Part shown: piece after piece, positions 1 to 9,853 of the stretch
Position numbering within the stretch: position 1 is the first letter of the stretch
Layout: each line of letters begins with the position of its first letter
IMG/VR virus record: IMGVR_UViG_3300024348_000007
Direction: 5' to 3' (one strand)
DNA length: 64,000 nt
Origin: a virus
Position numbers and translations under genes: made by a program
Notes under the pieces: generated by a model
Database searches by the model: none
The model's input: only the letters and a program-made list of their open reading frames with translations
Told to the model about the DNA's origin: nothing

Positions 1-1026
1 TTATCATTTATATCAAAGATTAGAAATATTAAAGATCCGCTTAAAGCTCTATTTGATGCGATTAAAGTTAAAGCTCTTATTGAGGCGATCAAAGAAAAAG
101 TAACTAAAGCAGTTATGGGTGCAGTTAATAAAATAAAAGATGCAATAAAAAACTTTGATGTGGCTGAAGCATTATCAGATGTAGTTACTTCAATACAAAA
201 TAAAGCCGGTAAAAAAATAAGTGAATTACAAGAGTCTATCACAAAATTTTTCTCAAAAGAAAACATGGAAAAAATTGAAAATAAAATTAAAGGTATGATT
301 GATTACTCTGTTTCATTATTTGATAATCCATCTATTTCTGAAATACAATTTCTTATTGCAAGAATTTGTGGATTTGCAGCTGGTATCGAGTCAATTGTTA
401 GCGGACTAAAAAAGCCAGTAGATAACGCTGTAGATAGATTTATTAATACCGTTAATACTCTTAAAAATGCATCTGGCATAGCTCAAGCAGAAACTTTAAG
501 AGCCGGAGCTATACGTTTTGACGAGACGGCTCGCATGATTCTAATAAATAGATCTAAGGAACTTTTTGTAGAAGCTGGTAATGTTCAAACTGGTACTATA
601 CAAGAATATAAAAATGTACCAAAATGGGATGAAATAAAAGATAATACTCATGATAAGATAAGAATCGAAGGTGGTTGGGTTAATATACTCAAAGAAGATG
701 GCTGGAATAAAATGGATATGGATTTTAGAGTTTTACTTATGAGATTACATGCAAAAATGATAGAAAGAGAGATTATTAACGGACCAATGACTTTAAATAG
801 CGGATGGAGAAGCCAACAGTATAACGCTGGTTTAAACGGTTCCGCAAAGAAAAGTATGCACTTACTAGGTAAGGCTGCTGATTTAAAATGGCCTGGTTTT
901 GTTAAAGTTAGTGATAATACAAATAACTTTGTTAAGCTAGCAAGAGAGATGGGTTTCGGTGGTATTGGTTATTATAACAGATTTATACACGTAGACGTCG
1001 GTCGACCCAGAAGCTGGGGTTTATAG
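1..1026 (+). CDS. Peptidase M15 family (Zn D-Ala-D-Ala carboxypeptidase-like) C-terminal domain fused to a long helical N-terminal region; 5'-truncated by the window
   Basis: Frame 1 is open from base 1 to the ATG at 115. C-terminal motifs SGWRS..YN....GSAKKSMHLLGKAADL and GFGGIGYY..FIHVDVG match the M15 Zn-ligand pattern (H, D, H). Confidence 0.8.
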   Translation, partial: LSFISKIRNIKDPLKALFDAIKVKALIEAIKEKVTKAVMGAVNKIKDAIKNFDVAEALSDVVTSIQNKAGKKISELQESITKFFSKENMEKIENKIKGMIDYSVSLFDNPSISEIQFLIARICGFAAGIESIVSGLKKPVDNAVDRFINTVNTLKNASGIAQAETLRAGAIRFDETARMILINRSKELFVEAGNVQTGTIQEYKNVPKWDEIKDNTHDKIRIEGGWVNILKEDGWNKMDMDFRVLLMRLHAKMIEREIINGPMTLNSGWRSQQYNAGLNGSAKKSMHLLGKAADLKWPGFVKVSDNTNNFVKLAREMGFGGIGYYNRFIHVDVGRPRSWGL

Positions 1027-1035
1027 GAAAAACAA

Positions 1036-1452
1036 ATGGTAGTAGCATTAGTTACAGCAAAAACAAAAAAGATTGCGATTTATTCTGACTTTAAGAAAAG
1101 TCTTGAGATAAGTCCTGTGTCAGACGATTTAACATTACATAAAGATGAAGACGCAGTAAAAGAATCTATTAAGAATTTATTACTCACCGACAGAGGTGAA
1201 AGACTTATGCAACCTAACTTAGGTGGTAATATAAGAGCTATGCTCTTTGAAAATATTTCGCCTGGCGTTTTAACAATGATCGAAGATCAAGTAAGAACTT
1301 GCGTAAACTTATACGAGCCAAGAGCAGAAATAATCGATGTAATAGTAACTTCTAATATTGATGATAACGTAGTTAAAATCGCGGTTCATTTTTATATAAG
1401 GAACAACCAACAACCAATTTCTGTTGACGTATTTCTAGAGAGGACCAGATAA
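1036..1452 (+). CDS. gp25: Baseplate wedge subunit gp25-like
   Basis: AVKESIKNLLLTDRGERLMQPNLG...LYEPRAEI motif, 138 aa, immediately upstream of gp6. Confidence 0.9.
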   Translation: MVVALVTAKTKKIAIYSDFKKSLEISPVSDDLTLHKDEDAVKESIKNLLLTDRGERLMQPNLGGNIRAMLFENISPGVLTMIEDQVRTCVNLYEPRAEIIDVIVTSNIDDNVVKIAVHFYIRNNQQPISVDVFLERTR

Positions 1453-1453
1453 G

Positions 1454-3244
1454 ATGGTTAAACTAAATATTTCAGAGCTTGACTTTGAAGCAGTAAAATC
1501 ACAATTTAAAACATATCTGCAATCTCAGACGCAGTTTAAAGATTATAACTTCGAAGGTTCTAACATGTCTGTATTGTTAGATGTTTTAGCTTATAACACT
1601 TATCAGAATAACTTTTATTCAAATATGGCAATTAACGAAATGTTTCTTGACTCTGCGGTATTAAGAAACTCGATTGTTTCTCATGCTAAAGAATTAAACT
1701 ATTTACCTGGTTCAAGAAAATCCGCTAAAGCTATCGTTAAAGTAACTTTTACAGATAGCACAGTCACAGGCCAAACGATTACTATACCTCAATATTCACC
1801 GTTTACTTCAAATTATAACGGAGAGAACTTTGAGTTTGTTACTAATGAAACTTACGTAGCTAAGAAAACTGCACCTAATACTTTTGTTGCTGAAAATGTA
1901 GAAATTTTTGAAGGTCAAATGTTAGCAAGCTTTGAACGAGAAGGTTTCTTTGTTGATGAAGATGGCATATTAAGAGTTACTCTTTCAAACGAAAACGCAG
2001 ATACTGATTCAATAGCAGTTTTCGTTGACGCTGAAGCTACTGAAGATGAAAACGTATTTGCAAGAAAAAATGATATTTTTGGAGTTGGAGCCACAGATAA
2101 AGTTTTCTATATAGAGCCTTATGTAGATGGTCGTTATACAGTTTATTTTGGTAATAACGTATTTGGTTTCCAACCACAAGAATTCGAAGATGTAAGAGTA
2201 CGTTATAGAATTACTTCTGGAACTGAAGGTAACGGAGCTTTTGCTTTCTCATTAGCTACAAACTATGGCGCTGCTGTAGTAGAAACTATACAAAACGCTG
2301 CAGGTGGATCTGAAAGAGAAACGATGGAAAGCATTCGTTACTTTGCACCTAAGTCATTACAAATACAAGAAAGAGCAGTAACTACTTCAGATTACGAAAT
2401 CTTATTAAAACAAAACTATCCAGAAATTCAATCTGTAGCTGCTTATGGTGGAGAAGATTTAGAACCTCCTCAATTTGGTAAGGTAGCCATTTCTGTTTAT
2501 TTAGGTCAGGGTCAAGAATCTTTATCAACTACTTTATCAAATACTTATATACAGTTTTTAAAAGAAAGATCTCCTCTAGCTATTGAGCCTGTTTTTGTAA
2601 CTTCTGAATTTTTATATGGTTGTACTACTGTCGATGTGTATTACAATCCTAAACTTACTCGTAAATCTTCTGGCGATATCGATACATTAGTAAGAGACGC
2701 TGTTAAACTTTATTCCGATACTTATTTAGATGACTTTAATAAAACATTAAGAATATCTAAACTTGCTGCTGCGGTAGACGCAACAGATATTTCTGTCGTA
2801 AGTTCAAGTATAACAGTAATGCCTTATATTGAATTTTCACCAAACTTAAATATATCTTTAAATCCTTCATTTAAATTTGTAGCTGAGCTGGTTAAACCTT
2901 ATCCTTTCGATGAAGAAGACGGATTTACTAATTATAAGCCTGCTATTAAAAGCGGTGTATACTCTATGAACGGTTCTAATGTTTATTTACAAGACGATGG
3001 TAGAGGGAACATGCAAGTTATCGCAGACGATATCGCAAATCCAAAAGTTGTTAAACCTAAAGTTGGTAGTGTAAATTATATAACAGGAGAAGTTAATCTT
3101 GTTGGATTTATTACAGATGGTTATGTTGGTTCTGGAATTAAATTTATGGCTACAACTTTAAAGAAAGATATTACTACACCTAACGGTAGAATATTCGCAA
3201 TCAAAAATTCAGATGTAACAATTAATTTAATAGAGTCTAAATAA
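1454..3244 (+). CDS. gp6: Baseplate wedge subunit gp6
   Basis: LDFEAVKSQFKTYL..Q..FKDYNFEGSNMSVLLDVLAYNT...EMFLDSA.LR.S.VSHAKELNY.P.S, and RAVT..DYE motif, typical of T4-like gp6. Confidence 0.92.
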   Translation: MVKLNISELDFEAVKSQFKTYLQSQTQFKDYNFEGSNMSVLLDVLAYNTYQNNFYSNMAINEMFLDSAVLRNSIVSHAKELNYLPGSRKSAKAIVKVTFTDSTVTGQTITIPQYSPFTSNYNGENFEFVTNETYVAKKTAPNTFVAENVEIFEGQMLASFEREGFFVDEDGILRVTLSNENADTDSIAVFVDAEATEDENVFARKNDIFGVGATDKVFYIEPYVDGRYTVYFGNNVFGFQPQEFEDVRVRYRITSGTEGNGAFAFSLATNYGAAVVETIQNAAGGSERETMESIRYFAPKSLQIQERAVTTSDYEILLKQNYPEIQSVAAYGGEDLEPPQFGKVAISVYLGQGQESLSTTLSNTYIQFLKERSPLAIEPVFVTSEFLYGCTTVDVYYNPKLTRKSSGDIDTLVRDAVKLYSDTYLDDFNKTLRISKLAAAVDATDISVVSSSITVMPYIEFSPNLNISLNPSFKFVAELVKPYPFDEEDGFTNYKPAIKSGVYSMNGSNVYLQDDGRGNMQVIADDIANPKVVKPKVGSVNYITGEVNLVGFITDGYVGSGIKFMATTLKKDITTPNGRIFAIKNSDVTINLIESK

Positions 3245-5499
3245 TGGCCTACGATGTAGAAAAGAATATTGCGTTTAAAATAGAGCAACAGTTTCCTGCG
3301 ATATACAGAGAAGAACAAAATGAATTAGTATCTTTAGTTACTGACTATTATAAGTTTATGGAGACTCAATCAAACCAAGCTGTTTATAATAGCAGAAGAA
3401 TGTTTGAATACCGCGATATTACTACTACACTTCAATCTATGATTATATTCTTTCAGAAGAAATACTTAGTAGATTTACCTTTATTAGATGATTCAAGTGT
3501 TAGATTATTGGTAAAGAATATTCTTGCTCTTTATAGAAGAAAGGGTTCAGAAAACGGTATTACACTCTTTTTTAGAATGTTCTATCAAGAAGATATTCAA
3601 ATCTATAATCCTTCTAATAATATATTTAAACCATCAGATTCTAATTGGCGTACTGGTGAATTCTTACAATTAATTCCAAACTCTGGTACGTTTTACGCAA
3701 GAGACGGCGTAACATATTATAATTACGGAGACTTGTTAAATAAAAATATTGTTGGTTCAACTTCTCACGCAAAAGCTGCTGTAGATAAAATTAACCTTAT
3801 TCTTTTAAATAATACATTAACTCCGATTATCTACATAAACCAAGTTAAAGGTAAGTTCCAAAGATATGACGATGTCGTCGCTAGAATAAATGGCCAAGAT
3901 GTTTCGTTCGGTATTGTAAACGGTTCTGCTTCTGGTGTAGAAATAGATTTAAACTATGGCGGAACTACAGGTAATTCTATAGGTGATATTCTTAACATTA
4001 CTTCTACTTACGGAAAAGGCGCCACGTGTATTGTAACTGATACTGAAGATGAATTTACTGGGATAGTTAACTATACATTAGAAGATGGCGGGTTTGGTTA
4101 TACGATAGAAAATACAAGACTTCTTGTTTCTAACCAGTCTTTAATATTACAAAATCCTAATTCTATTTTTGTTGAATTAGAATATTTAGAAGATAATTTC
4201 GGAAATAGAGGTAAAGTTATAGGCCAAAATGCTTCGTCAGTTGGTTTACTAATGGATGTTGGTGATGAATTCGTTCAGAATAGTATAATTAATACAGTAG
4301 ATAGAACGAGTAATATAACTATTAATAACATTTTAAAAATAGCAGCAAAAAATGACAGTTCACCTGGTCTTTTATATCCAGATACTGGCGATGTTAACGA
4401 CGTTAAAGTAGAAGTACTTTCAAACTCACAAACAATTAGTCTTATTACTGACGTTATTTCTGGGTTCTTATCAGTACCTTTAAACTCTGCTAATTTCAAT
4501 ACTGTTCCTCCTGCTACTGCTCCTATGAGTGGTACAGCAAATCCAGTAACTTTAGCTACGCCTCTTAACTCAGCTTTTGATTTAACACCGTTTACAATTG
4601 GTTCTATAGGATCGTTCGAGAACATCAACCCTGGATCAGATTATATTAACGACGTATTTACATTAGTTCGAGATGAGACTATGATATCTTTTGAAAGATA
4701 TGAACAAGTTATTATTGTCGATAATTTTAGTGCTTTATTCTCGGTTGGAGATCCAATTTCTCAAGCTAGTTCTGGTGTGAACGGTATTATTACAAGTATT
4801 AATCCCGACAATAGTTTTATTACTGTGAGACCATATGCGTATTACGGATTTGACGAAACAGATATCGTACATAAGGGAACAACATACGATATTATTTCTA
4901 CTGAAAGAGACTACGGTTCAAATCAGTATGGTAAAAATGCTAAGATGATATCAAAAACATTGTTTGCTACTGGTAGAGTCTCAGAAGTTAAAATTCTTAA
5001 TTCTGGTTTCGGCTATATTAACGGAGAAACAGTTTTCTTAACAGACGACGATGGTAATATAGTTGCTAAAGGTACTATGACAGCTGACGCGCAGGGTATT
5101 TCAGCTGGTTTCTGGGGTGGAGAAACATCACACTTAAACGGTTATAAAACAGATGGAACTTATTATGATTCGCGAAATAAATTACACGATTCAGATTTCT
5201 ATCAAGAATATTCTTATGAAATTAGATCTACTGTAGATATAGAAACATATAGAGATACACTTAAACAAAACGTTCATTTGGCCGGTACAAGATTATTTGG
5301 TAAATTTACTTACAATAAAAAATCTGTAGTTGGTGTATCAGCGAGAATGTTTGTAGCTAAGAAGGAAGATCCGTTAATTGGCGGTGATCCTATAGTCGGA
5401 CCAAACCAACCAGGAATAGAAGGCGTAATAGTTTATAGCGCAGATAGAAATACAATTTCAGTAGACAGTATAAATTTGCGAGTAGATACCGCAGGATAA
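3244..5499 (+). CDS. gp7: Baseplate wedge initiator, gp7-like
   Basis: Follows gp6 with a TAATG overlap. LYRRKGSENG...FFRMFY N-terminal motif and C-terminal LHDSDFYQEYSYEIRS...HLAGTRLFG resemble gp7-like proteins of marine T4-like phages. Confidence 0.7.
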   Translation: MAYDVEKNIAFKIEQQFPAIYREEQNELVSLVTDYYKFMETQSNQAVYNSRRMFEYRDITTTLQSMIIFFQKKYLVDLPLLDDSSVRLLVKNILALYRRKGSENGITLFFRMFYQEDIQIYNPSNNIFKPSDSNWRTGEFLQLIPNSGTFYARDGVTYYNYGDLLNKNIVGSTSHAKAAVDKINLILLNNTLTPIIYINQVKGKFQRYDDVVARINGQDVSFGIVNGSASGVEIDLNYGGTTGNSIGDILNITSTYGKGATCIVTDTEDEFTGIVNYTLEDGGFGYTIENTRLLVSNQSLILQNPNSIFVELEYLEDNFGNRGKVIGQNASSVGLLMDVGDEFVQNSIINTVDRTSNITINNILKIAAKNDSSPGLLYPDTGDVNDVKVEVLSNSQTISLITDVISGFLSVPLNSANFNTVPPATAPMSGTANPVTLATPLNSAFDLTPFTIGSIGSFENINPGSDYINDVFTLVRDETMISFERYEQVIIVDNFSALFSVGDPISQASSGVNGIITSINPDNSFITVRPYAYYGFDETDIVHKGTTYDIISTERDYGSNQYGKNAKMISKTLFATGRVSEVKILNSGFGYINGETVFLTDDDGNIVAKGTMTADAQGISAGFWGGETSHLNGYKTDGTYYDSRNKLHDSDFYQEYSYEIRSTVDIETYRDTLKQNVHLAGTRLFGKFTYNKKSVVGVSARMFVAKKEDPLIGGDPIVGPNQPGIEGVIVYSADRNTISVDSINLRVDTAG

Positions 5500-5526
5500 A
5501 TAGGTAAAATACCTTAGGAGCAGAAA

Positions 5527-6510
5527 ATGGCAAAACAAATTATCGGAGTAGGCGCAAGCGCCAATGACGGAACAGGAGATCCGTTACGTAATGCTATGGT
5601 TAAAGTCAATGCTAACTTTACCGAGTTATACGACGCATCATTCGATGGAGCATATGCTTCGTTAACTGGCGGACCTACGAGTTTATTATATTGGGTTAAT
5701 GACGGTACTAACGGGCAAGTGCTTACAACAAACGGTGCTGGAGTTATCACATTCCAGGATCAAGCAGCAGGTTATGCTAACTCTGATGTTGATACTCATT
5801 TAAATACAAGTACAGCTAATACAAACCAAATATTATCTTGGGATGGCTCAGACTATGATTGGATTGACGCTGCATCAGGTGGCGGTGGTGGTGGTTTATC
5901 TAACACAGAAGTTATAAATGTTGTAACTAGTTCAGACTTAGATATGGGTAGCAACAAAATACTATTTAGTAATGTATATTCCGCAGAAGGCGATTTACCT
6001 TCGGCTAGCAGTTATCATGGTATGTTTGCTCACGTACATGGAACTGGTAAAGCATATTACGCACACGCAGGTTCTTGGGTTAGATTAGCAGATTATTCCG
6101 AAATCGGTGGCGGTGGCGGAGGTGGTACTTTAGAAACGCGAGCCGAAGTTTCTGCGAACACAGCATCCATTGCAAACGGAGTTTCAACTGACATTGATAT
6201 TGTTGGACATAAAGCATACGCATTAATGACTATTGAAACAAGCCATGCAGCATGGGTAACTCTTTATACAAGTAACTCAGCTCGAACAGCAGATAATTCC
6301 AGACTTGAGACTGAAGATCCTGCACCAGATGCCGGCATCATTGCCGAGGTAATTACTGCAGGCGCTGAAACTGTTGTTATTGGTCCTGCTACTATAGGTT
6401 ATAATTTAGAAACAACACCGACAACAAACATACCAGTTAAGGTAAGAAGTAAACACGGTTCGTCAGCCGTGCATACAATAACCCTTAATGTTTTAAAACT
6501 AGAGGCATAA
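5527..6510 (+). CDS. Virion structural protein with gp9/gp10-type N-terminal baseplate-attachment motif
   Basis: N-terminus MAKQIIGVGASANDGTGDPLRNAMVKVNANFTELY, Gly linkers, AGGAG RBS upstream. Confidence 0.7.
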   Translation: MAKQIIGVGASANDGTGDPLRNAMVKVNANFTELYDASFDGAYASLTGGPTSLLYWVNDGTNGQVLTTNGAGVITFQDQAAGYANSDVDTHLNTSTANTNQILSWDGSDYDWIDAASGGGGGGLSNTEVINVVTSSDLDMGSNKILFSNVYSAEGDLPSASSYHGMFAHVHGTGKAYYAHAGSWVRLADYSEIGGGGGGGTLETRAEVSANTASIANGVSTDIDIVGHKAYALMTIETSHAAWVTLYTSNSARTADNSRLETEDPAPDAGIIAEVITAGAETVVIGPATIGYNLETTPTTNIPVKVRSKHGSSAVHTITLNVLKLEA

Positions 6511-6511
6511 C

Positions 6512-8170
6512 ATGCAAAAGTTCGAATGGATTGTTACTCTACGCAGTAAAGAAGATCTAAATGATTTTTACGATGATATGGAAACACCAGGTGGTTCTAT
6601 AACTATACCTGATCGTAAAGTAGAACTAGTAAACCGAAGAATGATTAGTCGTAATACACATTATATGCTGACGTGGGAAGAAGCTGAAGAAGTAAGAGCA
6701 GACAAAAGAGTTGTTGGCGTTGATCTTGCGATAGAATTAGAAGAAACAACAAGGCCAATGGGTTGGACTACTACTGGAACTTTTTCAAAAGATTGGTTTA
6801 CAGACGAATCAGATAAAAACTGGGGATTATTAAGACATACCGAAGTAACAAACAGAAGTAATTGGGGTGCAAACGGTAGTAGCAACGTAACAGATACAGT
6901 TACCGTGACTGCGGCAGGTAAAAATGTTGATGTTGTTATTATTGATGGCCACATTGACCCTGCACATCCAGAGTTTGCTGTTAATTCAAATGGCACAGGT
7001 GGAAGCAGAGTTGTTCAATATAATTGGTTTCAAAATAATATAGGACTCGGAACTGGAACTTACGTTTATACACCTTACGTAGATGTATCTGATGCAAATT
7101 ATAATCTTGACCAAAACCATGGTTGCCATTGCGCAGGAACAGTAGCAGGTAATACTCAAGGTTGGGCACGCCAAGCAAATATATATAACATTAGTCCTTA
7201 CGGTTCTAATCCAAATTGGGGTAATTTGGGACTTAGTAGTAGTACATTTTGGGATTATATTAGAGCATGGCACAATTCAAAGCCAATTAATCCCGAGACA
7301 GGTAGACGTAATCCTACTATAACTAATAATAGTTATGGAAGTTCTAAAAGAGTAAACTACGGAAATTACGGACCAGTGACAGAAGTAAATTATAGAGGTG
7401 TTACGTTTGCACCTGGTAGAGACTTAACTTCAGCAGAGTTAAATGCACGAGGTTTTTGGGCTGGTGATTCAATTGTTGATATATCAATCCCAAATTATTT
7501 TAATTCGCGTGAAGCGGATATACAAGATGCCATTGATGATGGTATTATTGTTGTATGCTCAGCAGGTAATGATAGTTGGAAAACTGTAAACTCTACTGAT
7601 CAAGATTTTAATAATACATATAAATGCACATATTATGGTTTTACACAAACAAGTTACTTACATAGAGGTACCGGTGCAGCTGCAGGATATGCTGCTCTTA
7701 TCAATGTAGGTGCACAATCAAACGATGTCAACGAAGATAAAGCTAACTTTAGTAATTGCGGTAATCAAGTAGATATATTTGCTGGTGGAGAAGGTATTCA
7801 AAGTAGCGTACATACAGGCGGTATTGCTGACACTAGGAATGGTTCGTATGATTTAACCAAGTATCAAGGAACAAGTATGTCAGGTCCACAAGTGACAGGA
7901 GTTGTTGCATTGCTTGCAGAGTCTTGGCCCAATATAACTCAAGCTCAAGCTCATGCTTGGATAGTTGATAACGCTAATACAGGTGAAATGGCGGACACAG
8001 GAACAGACGATGCAACTGATAGAAATAGTTTGCAAGGTGCTCCAAATAGAATGTTAAGATGGATAAACCAAAGACCACTATCAGGAGCAACGCTTCCTAA
8101 GAAAAATTTCGCAAATAGACCTACGTCAGGTAAAACTTATCCTAGAACTCGTGTAAGAGCAAGAGGATAA
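6512..8170 (+). CDS. Subtilisin-like serine protease (peptidase S8)
   Basis: Catalytic triad motifs VDVVIIDG (Asp), HGCHCAGTVAG (His), GTSMSGPQVTG (Ser), plus the oxyanion SAGND motif. Confidence 0.9.
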   Translation: MQKFEWIVTLRSKEDLNDFYDDMETPGGSITIPDRKVELVNRRMISRNTHYMLTWEEAEEVRADKRVVGVDLAIELEETTRPMGWTTTGTFSKDWFTDESDKNWGLLRHTEVTNRSNWGANGSSNVTDTVTVTAAGKNVDVVIIDGHIDPAHPEFAVNSNGTGGSRVVQYNWFQNNIGLGTGTYVYTPYVDVSDANYNLDQNHGCHCAGTVAGNTQGWARQANIYNISPYGSNPNWGNLGLSSSTFWDYIRAWHNSKPINPETGRRNPTITNNSYGSSKRVNYGNYGPVTEVNYRGVTFAPGRDLTSAELNARGFWAGDSIVDISIPNYFNSREADIQDAIDDGIIVVCSAGNDSWKTVNSTDQDFNNTYKCTYYGFTQTSYLHRGTGAAAGYAALINVGAQSNDVNEDKANFSNCGNQVDIFAGGEGIQSSVHTGGIADTRNGSYDLTKYQGTSMSGPQVTGVVALLAESWPNITQAQAHAWIVDNANTGEMADTGTDDATDRNSLQGAPNRMLRWINQRPLSGATLPKKNFANRPTSGKTYPRTRVRARG

Positions 8171-8180
8171 TAGAAATGTT

Positions 8181-8188
8181 TATAAATA
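8181..8188 (+). promoter_or_regulatory. T4-type late promoter TATAAATA
   Basis: Exact TATAAATA in the intergenic gap ~25 nt upstream of gp8. Confidence 0.8.
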
Positions 8189-8212
8189 TTACAAAAGAGC
8201 AGGTTAGGTGAA

Positions 8213-9841
8213 ATGACTGAGATATTAACTTCAAAAATGAAGAACGATACAACTAGAATGTTTTTTGATGACGTTCAACTTAATAACTATTATGTACTCG
8301 TATCTTCAATTACTAGTGGAACAACACGGCAAAGTGCAGTGAACGCTCAGTATTATACAAACGAATTATTAGAAAATACTTTGTTTGGTAAAAAAGTCTT
8401 AGGCTCAGATACAAAATTTATGATTAAGTTTTATGATTGGCAAAAAGATGCTGTTTATGTTCAATACGATGATCAGGAAGATATGGATGGTAAAAGATTT
8501 TATGCCATAGTAAGTCCAAATAACAATGATACCGGCGATTATAGAGTATTCAAATGCTTATCAAATAATAACGGTTCTGCATCTACAGCTCCTCCGAACT
8601 GGAACCCAGAAAACATTAGCCAAGTTTATAGAACTGCTGACGGTTATGTTTGGAAGTTCTTATATGTTATAAGTTCTGCAGAGTTCGAAGCGTACAACGC
8701 AATAGGTTATGTTCCATTAATTGGTTCTTATTTTGTACAAAACCCAGATCCTAATGCTGATGCTAACAATATAGTTTACGGTTCTGAGATTTCTGATATT
8801 TTCGTATCGAACCCTATTGATAATAACGGTTATAAAACTCAATCAGGCACATTGACAGCTGCACCAGGTAATGACGGAACTCTTACTTTAAGATCAGACG
8901 GTATTAATCAAATAACAAATTATTACAATGGTATGTCTATATACTTGACCAACTCTGACGGTAGATCATTCTTATACAAGATTAATTCTTATGTATTCGA
9001 AGCTGGAACAGGATATGGTAAAGCAAAAGTACAAGGCAATCCGTTAGGTGACGAAGTATCAAATATCGCGACTTTCACCATTTCACCAACATGCCTTATT
9101 GAAGGCGATGGAACTGGTGCTGTTGCTGTAGCTAATGTTATAGAAGGAAATATATCTACGCTACTTATTTTGAATGCTGGCACTGGTTATACAAACGTCA
9201 CTGCTAAAATTATAGATCCGATATTTGATTTTGATCCAGAAGATCCTAACTCTATTGATATTAGAGCAAGTTTAAGACCAGTCTTATCTCCTGTCGGTGG
9301 ACACGGTTATAATCTTATAGATGAATTACATTGTAAACATATATTATTCTATGGTTATATTACAGAAACAGATAACAATCAAATCGGAAAAACTGGTACA
9401 TATTCTCATATTGCAGTCGTAAAAAACCCATCATTTGCAAGCGGAACATATCCAGATGTATTTGATAATAGAATTGAGATAGAAACTGATGATATAGCAT
9501 ATGCTGCTACAGGCGATACACTTCAACAATTTAACGAAGATAACGAAGTTATTTTTAAAGCTAAAATTCAAGAAGTCGATGCCAACTCAAATACAGTTTT
9601 CTTATCTAATTATATGGGACCTTATCAAAATGCTGCTAATAACGACGTTTCGATAGATCAAACTAAAGCATTGGTGAATTCTACAGGGCAGAGAATGTTC
9701 ATAAATACACCTACAGCAAATAATATTATAGAGTCTGACTACATTCAGCGCACAGGGCAAGTATACTTCATGGAAGACTTTGTTCCTCTTGCTAGAACGT
9801 TTATGTCTAGAGAAGAATACAAGTTAGTATTAGAATTTTAA
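8213..9841 (+). CDS. gp8: Baseplate wedge subunit gp8
   Basis: YRVFKCLSNNNG..ST..P and TADGYVWKFLY motifs, PVGGHGYNLIDEL, C-terminal REEYKLVLEF. Confidence 0.85.
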   Translation: MTEILTSKMKNDTTRMFFDDVQLNNYYVLVSSITSGTTRQSAVNAQYYTNELLENTLFGKKVLGSDTKFMIKFYDWQKDAVYVQYDDQEDMDGKRFYAIVSPNNNDTGDYRVFKCLSNNNGSASTAPPNWNPENISQVYRTADGYVWKFLYVISSAEFEAYNAIGYVPLIGSYFVQNPDPNADANNIVYGSEISDIFVSNPIDNNGYKTQSGTLTAAPGNDGTLTLRSDGINQITNYYNGMSIYLTNSDGRSFLYKINSYVFEAGTGYGKAKVQGNPLGDEVSNIATFTISPTCLIEGDGTGAVAVANVIEGNISTLLILNAGTGYTNVTAKIIDPIFDFDPEDPNSIDIRASLRPVLSPVGGHGYNLIDELHCKHILFYGYITETDNNQIGKTGTYSHIAVVKNPSFASGTYPDVFDNRIEIETDDIAYAATGDTLQQFNEDNEVIFKAKIQEVDANSNTVFLSNYMGPYQNAANNDVSIDQTKALVNSTGQRMFINTPTANNIIESDYIQRTGQVYFMEDFVPLARTFMSREEYKLVLEF

Positions 9842-9853
9842 GGAAAACAATAG

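Noticed and set aside
5495-9707. Near-consensus late promoters GATAAATA (5495-5502) and CATAAATA (9700-9707)
   Set aside because: One mismatch each in very AT-rich DNA; plausibly placed but not distinguishable from chance.
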